Assembly: GCF_963921235.1 (NCBI RefSeq)
Contig: NC_086108.1
Span: 13,888,001 to 13,952,000 of the forward strand
Origin: Mobula hypostoma
Taxonomy: Eukaryota
Length of the DNA stretch: 64,000 nt
Reading direction: 5' to 3'
The notes under the pieces were generated by a model. That model searched no databases. It saw nothing but the letters and a program-made list of their open reading frames with translations, and was not told the origin of the DNA. Each line of letters begins with the position of its first letter. The stretch's first letter is position 1. The translations under genes were made by a program, and so were the position numbers. Below, in pieces: positions 1-12,320 of the stretch.

Positions 1-572
1 TGATCCTCCACACTGCCAAGAGTCTTACCATTAATACTATATTCTGCCATCATATTTGACCTACCAAAATGAACTAAGCTCACACTTATCTGGGTTGAAC
101 TCCATCTGCTACTTCTCAGCCCAGTTTTGCATCCTATCAATGTCCTGCTGTAACCTCTGACAGCCCTCCACACTATCCACAACACCCCCAACATCACCAA
201 ATTTACTAACCCATCCCTGCACTTCCTCATGCAGGTCATTTATAAAAATCACGAAGATTAAGGGTCCCAGAACAGATCCCTGGTCACTGACCTCCGTGCT
301 GAATATGACCCGTCTAGAACCACTCTTTGCCTTCTGTGGGCAAGCCTGTTCTGAATCCACAAAGCAATGTTCCCTTGGATCCCATGCCTCCTTACTTTCT
401 CAATAAGCCTTGCATGGGGTATCTTAAATGCCCATCCATATACACTACATCTGCAGCTCTCCCTTCATCAATGTATTTAGTAACAGCCTCAAAAGATTCA
501 ATCAGGCTTGTAAGGCTCAACCTGCCTTTGACAAAGCCATGCTGACTATTCCTAATCATACTATCCCTCTCC
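1..572 (-). mobile_element. CR1 LINE ORF2 reverse-transcriptase fragment (degenerate)
   Basis: Minus-strand peptides SQHGFVKGR..L..LIE.FE.VTK.IDEG..DVVYMD and QGSVLGPL.FVIFINDL, typical of CR1 RT. Broken by frameshifts and deletions. Confidence 0.9.
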
Positions 573-1199
573 ACTTTGCCACTCTGCCACTTTGAGGTGT
601 TTCTTTCCAGAAAGGTTGGCATAGATATCCTCTATCCTGGGCAGAGTGTATTGAACTAATTTCTGCTGTGGGTTGACGGTGACCCTAAGATCACCACAGA
701 TCCTGACAGACCCATTCTCTTGGCTACTGGGATGGTTGGCATTGCCCATGGGCTCCAACCAACCTTGGAAAGAATTCCTTCAGCCTCCATGTGATCTTGC
801 TTGCTTGCTACTTTATCACGAATGGTACAACGATCGAGGCATGCTTTGTAAAACTTTGATGTAGCATTTTTATTTAACATTATTTTACCCTTGATGTTTG
901 AGTTTTCCAATGCCATCCTCGAACATTGTTGTGGCATCATCCAGTACCTTTCTTAATTCACTTTGAGTTGACTCTGTTGCAGGGGATGTGGCATGCAAAT
1001 GGTGGATAGACCTCCAATCAAGTTGTAGCTGTCTCAGCCAATCACAGACCCACAATGCTGGCCCTCCCGTTTTTACCACATACAAGCCCAATATGTCTTG
1101 TTGGTTATATTTCACTCTTATGAATATTATTTCCACAGGAGGTATCTTTTCTCCTGTTTAAGTTCTTAGTTGGATATCTGCAGGCTTCAGTTCAGTATC

Positions 1200-2570
1200 A
1201 TAAACACAAAATACTCTGCAGATGCTGGAGTCAAAGCAACACTCACAACACACTGCAGGAACTCAGCAGGTCGGGCAGCGTCCGTGGAAATGATGGGGGA
1301 GGGGAAGCAGGGAGGGGATAGGCAGGAAACGTGAAGAAGGAATAGGGGAAAACACAATGGGTAGTAGAAGGAGGCGGAACCATGAGGGAGGGATAGGCAG
1401 CTGGGGGAGATTCCCAGTTCCTCTGCCTCCACCGCATCTGCTCCCAGGATGAGGCTTTCTGTTCCAGGACATCTCAAATATCCTCTTTCTTTAAGGATCG
1501 TGGTTTCCTCTCTGCCGCCATCAATGATGTCCTCACCCTCGTCTCCTCCATTTCCCGCACTTCGGCCCTCACCCCATCCTCCCGCCACCACAACAGGGAC
1601 AGAATTCCCATTGTCTTCACCTACCACCCCACCAGCCTCCGGATCCAGCACATTATCCTCCGCAACTTCCGCCACCTTCAACAGGACCCCACCACTAAGC
1701 ACATTTTTCCCTCCCCACCATTCTCCGCTTTCTGCAGGGATCGTTCCCTCCACGACTCCCTGGTCCACACGTCCCTCCCCATGGATCTCCCACCCGGCAC
1801 TTATCCCTGTAAGCGTAAGTGCTACACCTGTCCCTACACCTCCTCTCTTGCCACCATTCAGGGCTCCAAACAGTCCTTCCAGGTGAGGCAACACTTCACT
1901 TGTGAGTCTGTTGGGGTCATATATTGCATCTGGTGCTCCCGGTGCGGCCTCCTCTACATCGGTGAAATATGTTGCAGGTTGGGGGACTGCTTCGTTGAGC
2001 ACCTCCGCTCCGTCTGCCACAACAGACAGGATCTCCCAGTAGCCACCCACTTCAACTCTGCTTCCCATTCCCATTCTGATATGTCCATACATGGCCTCCT
2101 CTACTGCCATGATGAGGCTAAACTCAGGTTGGAGGAGCAACACCTCATATACTGTCTAGGTAGTCTCCAGCCCCTTGGTATGAACACAGAATTCTCCAAC
2201 TTCCGGTAATTCCCTCCCCCTCCCTTCCCCTATCCCTATTTCACTCTGCCTCCTCCCCCAGCTGCCTATCACCTCCCTCATGGTTCCGCCTCCTTCTACT
2301 ACCCAGTGTGCTTTCCCCTATTCCTTCTTCACGTTTCCTGCCTGTCACCTCCCTGCTTCCCCTCCCCCACCTCTTTATTTTTCCCCTTACTGGTTTTCAC
2401 CTGGAACCTACCAGCCTTCTCCTTCCCACCCTCCCCCCACCTTCTTTATAGGGCCTCTGCCCATTCCCTCTTCAGTCCTGACGAAGGGTTCCGGCCCGAA
2501 ACATTGACTGTTCATTTCCATAGATGCTGCCCGACCTGCTGAGTTCCTCCAGCGTGTTGAGAGTGCTGCT
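1200..2570 (+). mobile_element. Penelope-like element: 3' part of ORF (RT thumb plus GIY-YIG endonuclease) and pLTR, with an inverted partial pLTR at 1200-1410
   Basis: ORF 1781-2209 has FTCES.GVIYCI.C.RCGLLYIGE...L..F.EH and VA.HFN (PLE GIY-YIG). 1201-1410 is the reverse complement of the 3' pLTR with an internal deletion. Confidence 0.92.
2473..2510 (+). ncRNA. Minimal type I hammerhead ribozyme motif in PLE pLTR
   Basis: cagtc-CTGACGA-agggttccggccc-GAAAC-att-gactg. Both core boxes are present, with stem II ggg/ccc and stem I cagtc/gactg. The stem III/cleavage region has decayed from GTC to ATT. Confidence 0.75.
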
Positions 2571-4044
2571 TCAGTTCTTTGAAATGCCATTCAAACTCAG
2601 CTGAGCCAGCCTCCAATTATATTTCAATTAATTTGCTGTTTACTTCTGGTGTAAGCCATATTGTTTGTCTCCTGCTAGTTTTCATATGGTAATTCTCAGG
2701 ACTACTCAGTCCTGTGTCACTCTCATCATTATCAGATTTTTTTTTATGTATCAACAGCACATAGATCAGTACACTTTTTGAAACTGCAACTTGACTTTCT
2801 ATCTTTTTCTCTTCTCTTGATTTATTTTTGTCTGCCCAACATACTCTTTGTGTGTATCCTACTTTGTTGCATTTTCTGCGAGTTTTGCCCTTAAACCTGC
2901 ATTGGTCGGGTATATGTGAGCCCTTGCCACAACAGTAACGTAATGTGTTCAGCCAGGCAGGTTTCTGTTTAGTTCATACTCACTTCAATTCCTGACTGCA
3001 ACTCAATTGTGTCTCTCTGCTGTTTCCATTGATAGAGTGATTTCAACTGTTCTTGTAAATGTGAGTTATGCTGCAATTAAGAGCTGTTTTAAATGCTTTC
3101 ATGTAAGATTCCACAAACTAAATGATCTGTCAGTGCATCATTAAGCCCATTACTGAACTGACAATGATCAGATAATCTCTTCGATTCAGCCACATAAGCT
3201 GACATGGACTCCCCTTCGTTTTGATTCCACTTATGAAACCTAAAGTGTTCTGCAATCAACAATGGGTTTGATTCTAAATGTTCCTGCATTACATTCACAA
3301 TATTAGCAAAACTCATCTCAGCTGGGTTGATTCATGCAGTTAAACTACTGAGGAAACTGTAAGCTTTTCCACCAATTGCCCTCAGCAAAACTGGCACTCG
3401 CTTTCCTTGACTATTTCATTTGCTTTAAAATACTGCTCAATTCATTCAGTATAAATAATCCAGCCATCTGTTGTGGAATCAAATGTGTCTATCTTTCTGA
3501 TGTCGCCAGCCATTACTGCATTTTGATGTATTATTATCACCCAGTGCACGCTGTTAATGAACCTGTGAATTTTGTCAGTTTCCTGCCTTTCTTTAATTCA
3601 ACCACCACTTTCCACTTCCAAAGAGACGTGCTGTGCTTCACCAGGTAGGCGGTCATCTCAGGTTTGTTTCAAAACTACCTAATCACCACTGTTATGTTTT
3701 GTAACTCCAAAATATAATACTAATCAAAAGAAAAACACGGGAACCCAGGATAATGTGTGTACTTAAGTTTTTACTTTTGTGAGGTGCACACTCATCATGT
3801 AGTGCCATGATGATGTATGTCATTCACTTACTTTTACATATAACCCACAATGAATTATGTAAACAACAGCACTATATATGTATTAAATACACTGAAATAT
3901 TAAATGTACAGCACCACTTAAGGATGGGGGACCTTGTGCTTGAAGTCAAAGCAAGTGGTCGAGGTAATAAACTAGTGCTTTATTTTGATACTTACTGGGA
4001 GCGATTTGGCAGATAGTGAAAAGAGAATTGGACATACGAATAAC

Positions 4045-5240
4045 AGAACATAGATCATAGAACAGTACAGCACAGGAATGGACCCTTTGGCCCACAATGC
4101 AGTGGCAAACCAACAAAAAAGTAAATTAAAAAAACAAAAACTAATCCCGCCTACCTACATCATCATCATCATGTGCCATGCCCAGTTTGAGCTTTGACTG
4201 CCATGGCCCACACACTCCTGTTTCAGGTCAAGTGGATCAATTCATTGGCATTCCTTTCCAATTCCCCATCATCATTTGTCTGTCTTCCTCCTGCTTTCTT
4301 CCTTTCAATCTTTCCCATAATTACCGTGCATTCTAACTCCTCTTTCCGAATCATATGTTCAATGAAGTTACGTTGCCTTTTCATGATCTCATACATTATT
4401 TCTCTTTTTGTGTTTGCTCTGTTCATGACATCCTCATTAGGTATTCATTTCGTCCATGATATTCTTTGCATCCTCCTCAAAAACCACATCTCTGCTGCTA
4501 CAACTCATTTCCTCATGTTACTAGATATTGTACAGCATTCTGAGCCATATAACATAACTGGATAAATGTAACATTTCAGTACTCTGAGGCGGGTTGTCAT
4601 GCCTAGTTTAGTATTGGTCAGTATACTCTTCATTCTCGTAAAGGTCCATATCCCTCCATACAAACACAACCTACACAAAGTCCATATCCCTCCATCTTCT
4701 TCACATCCATGTCCCTATCTAAACATCTCTTAAAAGACTCTAATGTATTTGCCTCTTACCACCGTACCAGGCAGCACAGTCCAGGCATCCACCACTGAGT
4801 AAAAAACCTACCCCTCACATCCCCCCTGAACCTACCACCCCCTCTCACCTTCAATGCATGCCCTCTGGTATTAGACATTTCAGCTCTGGGAAACAGATAA
4901 TCCCTGTACACTCTGTCTATGCCTCTCATAATCTGTCAGATCTCCCCTCAGTCTCCAGTGCTCCAGAGAAAACAACCTAAGTTTATCCAGCCTCTCGTGA
5001 TAGCACATGCCCTCCAAACCAGGCAGCATCCTGGTGAATAACCTCTGCATCCTCTGCAAAGCCTCAATATCCTATAGTGGGGAAACCAGAATTGTATCCA
5101 ATACTCCAGGTGTGGCCCAACAAGAGTTCTATAAAGTTGCAACATAACCTCTTGACTTTTGAACTCAAAGCATCAACTGATAAAGCAAGTATTCTTTATA
5201 AGCCTTCTTAACCACCCTATTGACTTGTGTAACCACAAGT
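4045..5240 (-). mobile_element. CR1 3' portion (degenerate), interrupted by an RTE insertion
   Basis: ATAGAAC-like tail at about 4045-4065 and peptide LQLYRTLV.PHLEY..QFW.PHY (4948-5145). Confidence 0.8.
4158..4643 (-). mobile_element. RTE-clade LINE 3' fragment
   Basis: (CAT)n/(ATG)n tail at 4158-4172 and C-terminal peptide LE...IMGKIE.K..GRQ (4223-4426), typical of RTE/BovB-like ORFs. Confidence 0.75.
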
Positions 5241-5970
5241 CTATGCTGCAAACTGTTTCAACTAGTACATGTATGAGAGAGAGTTTACCCTCATTACTGA
5301 TCATCAACCACTGGTGCCATTTTCAATCTACAGAAGGGTGTTCCATGAAAGCAGCAGTGTGAATTGTTTCTTGGAGGACACAGTTACAAGATTGGATTCA
5401 AGAGGACAACTAATCATGGACATGCTGATGGATTGTTACATTTACCCATGGAAAAGGAAATACAGGAACATTTACAAAAAGGGACACTCCTCTTGGCATA
5501 TTTTCCCTAATGCTCGTCGTAAGTCTCCTTATTATGGCAGAGATAACACAAAGGGAAACCAGAAAAGACCTCACACTGCCTCAGATCCTCACGGCAACCC
5601 AACCTGGCTGGAATGTGCAGCAGAAGTTCCAGATCCCCCATTTTTACCAGCTGGGATAACTTGCCCTTGACAGGGGTTGTCTTATGTGGGGAGTGAGAAT
5701 TGTTAGACCATACAAGCTGAGGGCTGAAGTGTTGGAGGAGCTGCTGGACCCACTGGTCATCTAGGTGTGGTCAGAATGAAAGCGTGGGCTCAAAGCTTAG
5801 CCTGGTGGCCTGGTACAGATCAGCTTGCCATTGCCATGCACCATTCAGGATGCCAACACGTACAGAAGAAAGGTGTCCAGAGGGGACAGAACTGTTTCTT
5901 GCAGTCCCAGAGTCAACTCCTACAGCGGAGGCCCCAGAACCTGACACTATGTCAGAGCCCTCATGCCCTA
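5240..5970 (+). mobile_element. Gypsy pol fragment (RNase H to integrase zinc-binding region), degenerate
   Basis: FTLITDHQPL (RNase H) and GHLGVVRMK..A.S..WWPG.D......C..C (integrase HHCC) motifs across shifted frames. Confidence 0.8.
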
Positions 5971-6126
5971 GTAAAAATATTATGTGCATTAACACTGCCA
6001 ATGCCCTTTATGATTTTATTTACCTCTCTCAGATAACATCTCCCTAAAGCTCAGTCCCAGAAATCCTGGCAACATCCTTGTAAATCTTTTCTGCATTCTT
6101 TCCCCTTAAATATATATATTTTTTTA

Positions 6127-9100
6127 TGTAACATGCTGTTGTTCCTTCTTGTGAGTCTGGAGAGAGATTTTCATGGGTTTTTGCCGGGGAGAGATGAAGA
6201 GAGAAGACGCGAACGGTGGGAGTTGGTAGACCACCGGACGGAGTGGACCGAGCGAGGGTCCGAAGGGCAGCGACGATCGGAGGAGATCAATGTGGACGAT
6301 CGGCTTATCAGTGAGCTCCAACATTGCGCCATAGACTGTTTCATAAGATTGGGCCCTTTTTCCTTCTTTTTCGTTGTCTTTACTAACCATATGGTCAAAG
6401 TAAGAATTATAAAGCTTAATCGTTTAATCGCATATTGTGTACTGTTTGTTATTTCAGGGTACTGATTTGTAATAGTGGACACATCACACAGCATCCACTC
6501 AAATGATATATTTTTGAAGTCTGGCCGGACAGGGGGTTACCACCCTCTATATTAAGCCGCTCGCTGAAGCGAGAGTTACAATTGTGGGCGCTACGCTCGG
6601 GATTGGTTCCGTTGGATACTGGTGTGATTACCCTGAGCAATGAACTGGTGGGGTAGATATTTGTACTCTGGATGAATTGTTAATTCGCCTGTTAAGTACA
6701 GTTAAAGTTGCGATTGTAGGCGAAGGTTTGATAAACTGGCTGGTGCAGCTCTCATTTTAATGCAGACCTTTGCTGAGGTAGCAGTAGCTGGGGCCGGAGA
6801 TTTCAAAGAAAGCATTCTCTTGTTTCTGTGGAGTGAGGGGAAAGAGTGGTCAGGTTTGGAATGTCTAATTAGTCCACGTCCCCCAGTGAAGAGTAAGAAT
6901 TCTGAGTTAGTATCCGCCCTTACTTCTCCGGCGAATAAATCCCCCAAGTTTATTGTGACCTGACTGCTCTGAAGACAAATCAGCTGCTGGAATGGAGTTC
7001 TGGGGAAGTGGCTGCTGCTCAGTGAGTTGACCCGGGCATTGGTACCATTTGGGCTGCGGTCGAAAAGGGAGACATGGCTCAGTTGGAGAGGACGAAACAT
7101 GCGTCAGTGCCTCCATTACTATGAGAATGGCACTAGTTGGAGTTGAAGAACCAGATCTTATACCGGGTCAAGTCATCCCCAGACCGATCCCAGCGTTGCC
7201 AGCTGGTTCTGTCCGAGAAGTATCGGAGGATGGCGCTGAAATCACTTCATGATGATTCTGGACATTTGGGGGTGGAAAAGACCTATGGATCACTCAGAGA
7301 CCAGTTTTATTGGCCCCGAATGAAGTCGGACGTCGAAGAATACTACAAGTCATGCATTCAATGCATACGGCGGAAGACACTGCCTATGCGGGCAGCTCCT
7401 TTGTCCCACCTGCAGAGTGCGGAGCCTCTGGACCTGGTGTGTATGGATTTCCTGGCAATAGAACCCGATGCCAGCAACACGGCGAATGCCTTAGTCATCA
7501 GAGACCACTACACCAGATATGCTCAGGCTTTTCCTACCAAGGACCAGAAGGCATCTACAGTGGCAAAAGTGTTATGGGAGAAGTATTTCATTTATCATGG
7601 CCTTCCCAGGCAAATACATAGTGATCAGGGACGGGATTTCGAGAGCAAACTCATCTGTGAGTTACTGGGCATGCTTAAGTCGAGAAGTCGAGGACCACGC
7701 CCTATCTATCACCCGCAGGGTGATCCCTGGCCAGAGAGGTTTAATTGGACCTTGCTAGACATGCTCGGGACCCTGGAGATCAGCAAGAAGAGCAAGTGGA
7801 GTCAACATATTGGGAACCTGGTTCACAGTTACAACTGTATACAAAATGAAGCTACTGGGTGTTCACCATATTATCTGATGTTTGGGCGCGGGGCAAGGTT
7901 GCCCATTGACCTTTGTTTTGAGATTGACAAGGGTGACTTACCACCAAAGACTTATCTGAAGTATGTGTCTGACTTGAGAAAAGAGTTGAAAAGGGCTTAT
8001 GAATTAGCTGGGGTCGCGGCTGCCAAACGGAATCAAGGAAATAAGAGGAGGTGTGATCAAAGGGTGAGGTTCTCCCAACTCCTGCCGGGAGACCGAGTCC
8101 TCATAAGGAGCTTGGGGCTACCTGGAAAGCACAAGTTGGCTGACCACTGGGCGGCTACGCCCTTTGTGGTGGAGAGTCAGATGCCAAACCTACCAGTTTT
8201 CCGGGTGAAACCAGAGGATGGGAATGGGCCTGTCAAAGTTCTCCATCTGAACCACCTGTTGCCCCTGGGTCAAGAGTTTCAGGTAGACCCAGAGCCCGAC
8301 TTGGAGCCTACACCTAGTAAGAGGACTCTGCAGAAACACAGGGTGACTACCAGGCCCCCAACAGGTGAAGTTAGGCCGGCCCCCACCCCTGAGAGGGATA
8401 CTGATTCGGAGGATGAGGACCTGGATGTGTGGTATATGCTGCCTTTTGCTAACTCCCCATTGATTAAGGAAGAGACTCCTGGCCCTTCTCCCATTGAGAC
8501 GGGTGAAGTGGGGTGGGGGCTATCTGTGGGCAGCCTGGGTTGCAGCGGGACTCTGCAGAGGAGGAAGCGGGGCTTGGTCACGGGACAGAGGGGTCCGAGT
8601 TGCAGGTGGGCACGAGTGATAGGCCGGGGGAGGCCTCGCCAGGTGGACTGGAAGTATGCCCAGTAGTGTTGGAACCTGAAGAGTCAGATGATGGGGTGCG
8701 GAGGTCTCAGAGAATTAGGAGACCACCGGATAGGTTGGCCTACGTAGCACCAGCAGAGCAGAATGTGACCTCTACCATTTTGGGGAGCTATGTCACTGCC
8801 TTGTGCACTTGGATTGGACTTAGTGTTTTGCAAGAAAGGTTGGTGAATTATCTCAACATCATGAGGACCTGACTAAATTTGGTGGGGGTGGGGGGGGTGG
8901 CGGGGGGAGAGTGTAACATGCTGTTGTTCTTTCTTGTGAGTCTGGAGAGAGATTTCATGGGTTTTTGCCGGGGAGAGATGAGGAGAGAAGACGCGAACGG
9001 TGGGAGTTGGTAGACCACCGGACGGAGTGGACCGAGCGAGGGTCCGAAGGGCAGCGACGATCGGAGGAGGTCGATGTGGACGATCGGCTTATCAGTGAGC

Positions 9101-9335
9101 TCCAACATTGCGCCATAGACTGTTTCATAAGATTGGGCCCTTTTTCTTTCTTTTTCGTTGTCTTTACTAACCATATCGTCAAAGTAAGAATTACAAAGCT
9201 TAATTGTTTAATCGCATATTGTGTACTGTTTGTTATTTCAGGGTACTGATTTGTAACAGTGGACACATTGCGCAGCATCCACCCAAACGAGATTTTTTTA
9301 AGTTTGGCTGGGTCGGGGGCTATCACCCCCTATAT
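6127..9335 (+). mobile_element. Internally deleted Gypsy LTR retrotransposon (5' LTR, gag stub, integrase, PPT, 3' LTR)
   Basis: 5' LTR 6127-6580 bounded by TGTAAC...GTTACA. PBS-like tgggcgctacgctcgggatt follows (resembles the tRNA-Pro PBS). G-rich PPT at 8881-8911. The 3' LTR starts TGTAAC at 8912 and is truncated at about 9335. No RT or RNase H motifs between the LTRs. Confidence 0.92.
7137..8666 (+). CDS. Gypsy integrase open frame (HHCC plus DDE core); no true start codon and probably frameshifted at the C-terminus
   Basis: H..SGHLG....YWPRM...CIQC, then [26 protein letters not shown] and YHPQG..ERFN.TL. Confidence 0.85.
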   Translation: MELKNQILYRVKSSPDRSQRCQLVLSEKYRRMALKSLHDDSGHLGVEKTYGSLRDQFYWPRMKSDVEEYYKSCIQCIRRKTLPMRAAPLSHLQSAEPLDLVCMDFLAIEPDASNTANALVIRDHYTRYAQAFPTKDQKASTVAKVLWEKYFIYHGLPRQIHSDQGRDFESKLICELLGMLKSRSRGPRPIYHPQGDPWPERFNWTLLDMLGTLEISKKSKWSQHIGNLVHSYNCIQNEATGCSPYYLMFGRGARLPIDLCFEIDKGDLPPKTYLKYVSDLRKELKRAYELAGVAAAKRNQGNKRRCDQRVRFSQLLPGDRVLIRSLGLPGKHKLADHWAATPFVVESQMPNLPVFRVKPEDGNGPVKVLHLNHLLPLGQEFQVDPEPDLEPTPSKRTLQKHRVTTRPPTGEVRPAPTPERDTDSEDEDLDVWYMLPFANSPLIKEETPGPSPIETGEVGWGLSVGSLGCSGTLQRRKRGLVTGQRGPSCRWARVIGRGRPRQVDWKYAQ

Positions 9336-9369
9336 AATTTACAACGAAGCAATTGATCTTACTGGTATG

Positions 9370-9512
9370 CGTTTGGACTGTGGGAGGAAACAAGAGCTCC
9401 TGGGGATTTCACACGCGGATATGCAGAGACTCCCAACAGAGCTGTGCCGAATTGAACTCTGAACTGCTGAGGTGTAATAACATTGCGCTAACCACTGTGC
9501 TACTGTGGTGCC
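9370..9512 (-). mobile_element. tRNA-derived V-SINE-like fragment
   Basis: Minus strand has an A-box-like gtggttagcgc, a B-box-like gagttcaattc and a V-domain-like gtttcctcccacagtccaaa. Confidence 0.6.
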
Positions 9513-9589
9513 CAGCATTTCCCTGATTACTATTACTGAACCAAGGCCTCAGCAGCATCCCACAACCACACCATGACCTCTCAACCTTT

Positions 9590-10170
9590 AAACTCAATGT
9601 CCTGATTGATGAAGGCCAGCATACCAAAAGCCACACATTTTTAGAAGTTTGCCAAGGTTTTTGATGATGTGCCAAATCTCCGTAAACTCCTGAGGGAGTA
9701 GAGGGGCTGTTGTGCTTTCTTCACCTTTACATTTATATGATGGGTCCAGGGTAGTCATCTAAGATAGTGACACCCAGGAATTTAAAGTTACTGACCCTCT
9801 CCACCTTTGATCTTCCGATAATTACTGGCTCATGGACCTCTGGTTTCCCTCCCCTGAAGTCTACAATCAATTCCTTGGTCTTATTGACATTGAGTGAGAG
9901 GTTGTTGTTGTGACATAACTCAGCCAGGTTTTCAATCTCCCTCTTGTATGCTGATTCATTCCCACCTTTGATATGGCCCACAACAGTGGGGTCATCAGCA
10001 AACTTGTATCTGGTGTTGGAGCTGTGCTTAGCCACACAGTCATAGGTGTAAAGAGAGTAGAGCAGGGGGCCAAGTGCTCATCCCTGCAGTGCTCCTGTGC
10101 TGATGGAGATTGTGGAGGAGATGCTTTTGCCAATCTGAACTGACTGGAGTCTACAAGTAGGAAATGATGG
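9590..10170 (-). mobile_element. Rex1/Babar-like LINE RT fragment
   Basis: KFADD.TVVG.I...E.AY..EI..L...C..NNLSLNVNKTKELIVDFR ... FKFLGV.I (ORF 9733-10035). Confidence 0.85.
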
Positions 10171-10239
10171 TTGTGGTGGTTGGAGGTCAATCATCTCATC
10201 CCCAGGACATCACCGCAGAAGTTCCTTAGGGGAGTGCAT

Positions 10240-11470
10240 TATTGGCTAGCTTACTTTGGTATTCCATCTTTGCCTTCTTAATGAATTTTTAGTTGCATAT
10301 TATTGGTTTTAAAAGCTTCCCAATCCTCTGACTTCCCACTAATTTTTGCTCTATTGTATGCTTTGACTTCTCTTGTTATCCACAGTTATGACATCTTGCC
10401 TTCAGAATACTTCTTCCTCTTTGGTATGTACATACCCTGTGCCTGCGGAATTACGTCCAGAAATTCCAGCCATTGCTGCTCTGCCATTACCCCTGCCAGT
10501 GTTCTTTTTCCAGTCAATTCTGGCTAATCGCCTATCATGCCTCTGTAATTTACTTTACTCCACTGAGGTACTGATACATCCGATTTCAGCTTCATCTCCA
10601 ATTTCAGGGTGAATTTGATTACATTATGATCACTTTCCCCTAAGGGTTCTTTTACCTTAAGCTCTCTAATCAATTCTGGTTCTTTGCACAGCATCCAATC
10701 CAGAATAGCTGATTCCCTAGTGGGCTCAATCACAAACTACTCTAGAAAGCCATCTCGTTGGCATTCTAGAAATTCCCCCTCCTGGAATCCAGCAGCAACC
10801 TGATTTTCCCAGTCTGCCTGCATATTGATGCCCCAGTGACTATAGTAACATTGTACTTTCAGCATGCATTTTCTATTTCCCGTTGTAATTTGTAGACCAC
10901 ATCCTTACTACTGTTTGGGGGCTGTATATGACTCCCATCAGGGTCTTTTTACCCTTGGAGTTCCTTAGCTCCATCCACGATGATTCAACACCTTCCAAAT
11001 CTATGTCACCTCTTTTTAATGATTTGATTTTATTTTTTAGCAACAGAGTAATACCACTCCCTCTGCATTCCTGCTTATCCTTTCAATACAATGTGTGTCC
11101 TTGGACATTAAGCTCCGAGCTATAATCTTCTTTCAGCCATGATTCAGTGATGCCTACAACATCATGCATGCCAATCTGTAACTGTGCTACAAGATCATCT
11201 GCCTTATTCCATATACTGCGTGCATTCAGATATAACATCTCTAATCTGTATTCACCCCTTTCCATTTTGTCCACCTTTAACATTGCAACTCATCCTGTTG
11301 ACAGCAATTTTGCCCTGTCATCTGCATATCCTTGTTAGGAATCTCACTACACATTGCCTCTGTTCATTAACCAGCTATCTCATCCTCAGCCCTATCACAA
11401 CAGTTCCCATGCCCCTGCAAAATTAGCTTAAGCCATCCTGAACAACTCTACCCAACCAGCCCATAATGGT
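10240..11470 (-). mobile_element. CR1 fragment spanning the ORF1 end and the APE endonuclease region
   Basis: LYLNARSI.NK.D.L.A...DVVGITESWL and EPTR..AILD....E.LG.SDHN.I.F. Confidence 0.85.
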
Positions 11471-11692
11471 ATTAAACTTCCTCGATCACAGTCGAGACTG
11501 AAAGGTAGCTCCCCTTACCCCGGCACTCGGGGAGGCAGATACGATGGTGTTAGATAAACACACGAATATGCAGCAAATGAAGGGATTTGGATCATATGCA
11601 GGCAAGAGGTTTAGTTTAACCTGGCATATTCACCGCAAACAATGTGGGCCAAAGAACTTGTTCCTGCGATTGACTATTTTATAATAACTCAC

Positions 11693-11745
11693 CAACGTGA
11701 TAATGACACTGATACAAGTGGCGCAGTGGTCTGGAGAGACAGTTG
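11693..11745 (-). CDS. Candidate coding exon 2 of an unidentified secreted/membrane protein: (A)TVSPDHCATCISVIITL
   Basis: Pyrimidine-rich, AG-free stretch of about 65 nt, then ...gatgcag acceptor. Donor TTG|gtgagt. Open in exactly the phase-1 frame required by the 12609 donor. Alternative in-frame acceptor at 11730. Confidence 0.5.
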
Positions 11746-12129
11746 CTGCATCCAGGATACAAGAATGTGAAAACAATATTGAGAAAATTAATCAGTAACA
11801 TCCTCCACCGCCTAATTTATCCAAGGTTCCCAGGCATTGTAAATGTGGATTAGACACAGTAAAGCTCCTTTTTCACTGTCCCATCACACAATCCTGGGAC
11901 ACAGACAGCATACACATTGCTGCCCCCACTCATCAAATACTCCTGGCAGGTTTTTGTGGGTTAGAGGTATAGCTAAATGCTCTGTTCCAATATGGATTCC
12001 CAGAGTAGCGTGGATAAAGCCCCTTTCTTCCATCAAATGCTCTCCGGGCAGACACGGCAGGAGGTCAATCTCCTGTTGCACATTGTTGTGCTGACAGAAT
12101 GATGCTCTCCGCACCTCTCCTATTGTACA

Positions 12130-12320
12130 CTCTCGGATTAGGAATAGACGGGTTCAGTGCTGATTTTCACTGATTCTGTAGTGTTTCTTTGTATGTTCTG
12201 TGAATGGCAGGGTAGAATGGCAAGAAAATGAATCTCAGGGTAGCATACAAGTGTGGCAGGACTTGGCAGCCGTGATCGTAAATGGTGATGTATGTGTACT
12301 TTGATAATAAACTTTGAGCT
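12130..12320 (+). mobile_element. Rex1/L2-like LINE 3' UTR remnant
   Basis: gcaagaaaatgaatctcagggt...tatgtgtactttgataataaactttga resembles the LINE 3' ends seen elsewhere in the window (e.g. the reverse complement of 47875-47960). Confidence 0.6.

Larger units (their letters stand above)
575..3910 (-). mobile_element. Degenerate Ty3/Gypsy LTR retrotransposon (LTR, gag, protease region, start of RT), interrupted by a PLE at 1200-2570
   Basis: RT-start motifs SPWA.P..PVAK, GSVRICGD.RVTVNP and Y.LPRIEDI.A.L at 575-940. Degenerate tandem zinc knuckles at about 2840-2945. Gag fragment at 3089-3316. Putative 5' LTR at about 3690-3910, followed on the minus strand by a TGG PBS start at 3688-3686. 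Confidence 0.85.

Noticed and set aside
1187..2143. 318-aa minus-strand ORF
   Set aside because: Antisense shadow of the Penelope ORF.
3985..4045. Minus-strand gtaagt/acceptor-like site as exon 3 of the 12.7-kb gene
   Set aside because: As an acceptor it gives an immediate TAA in phase 0. As a donor it has no upstream AG before the CR1 tail.
6124..6494. Duplicated short ORFs here and at 8848-9326
   Set aside because: They fall in the two LTRs and are duplicated only because the LTRs are.
8881..8911. Stand-alone G-quadruplex regulatory element
   Set aside because: Explained as the (expanded) polypurine tract immediately before the 3' LTR.
11510..11560. Possible 7-nt micro-exon (gag|TGCCGGG|gtaagg, minus strand)
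   Set aside because: Its acceptor side lies in a CR1 3'-end remnant; no supporting evidence.
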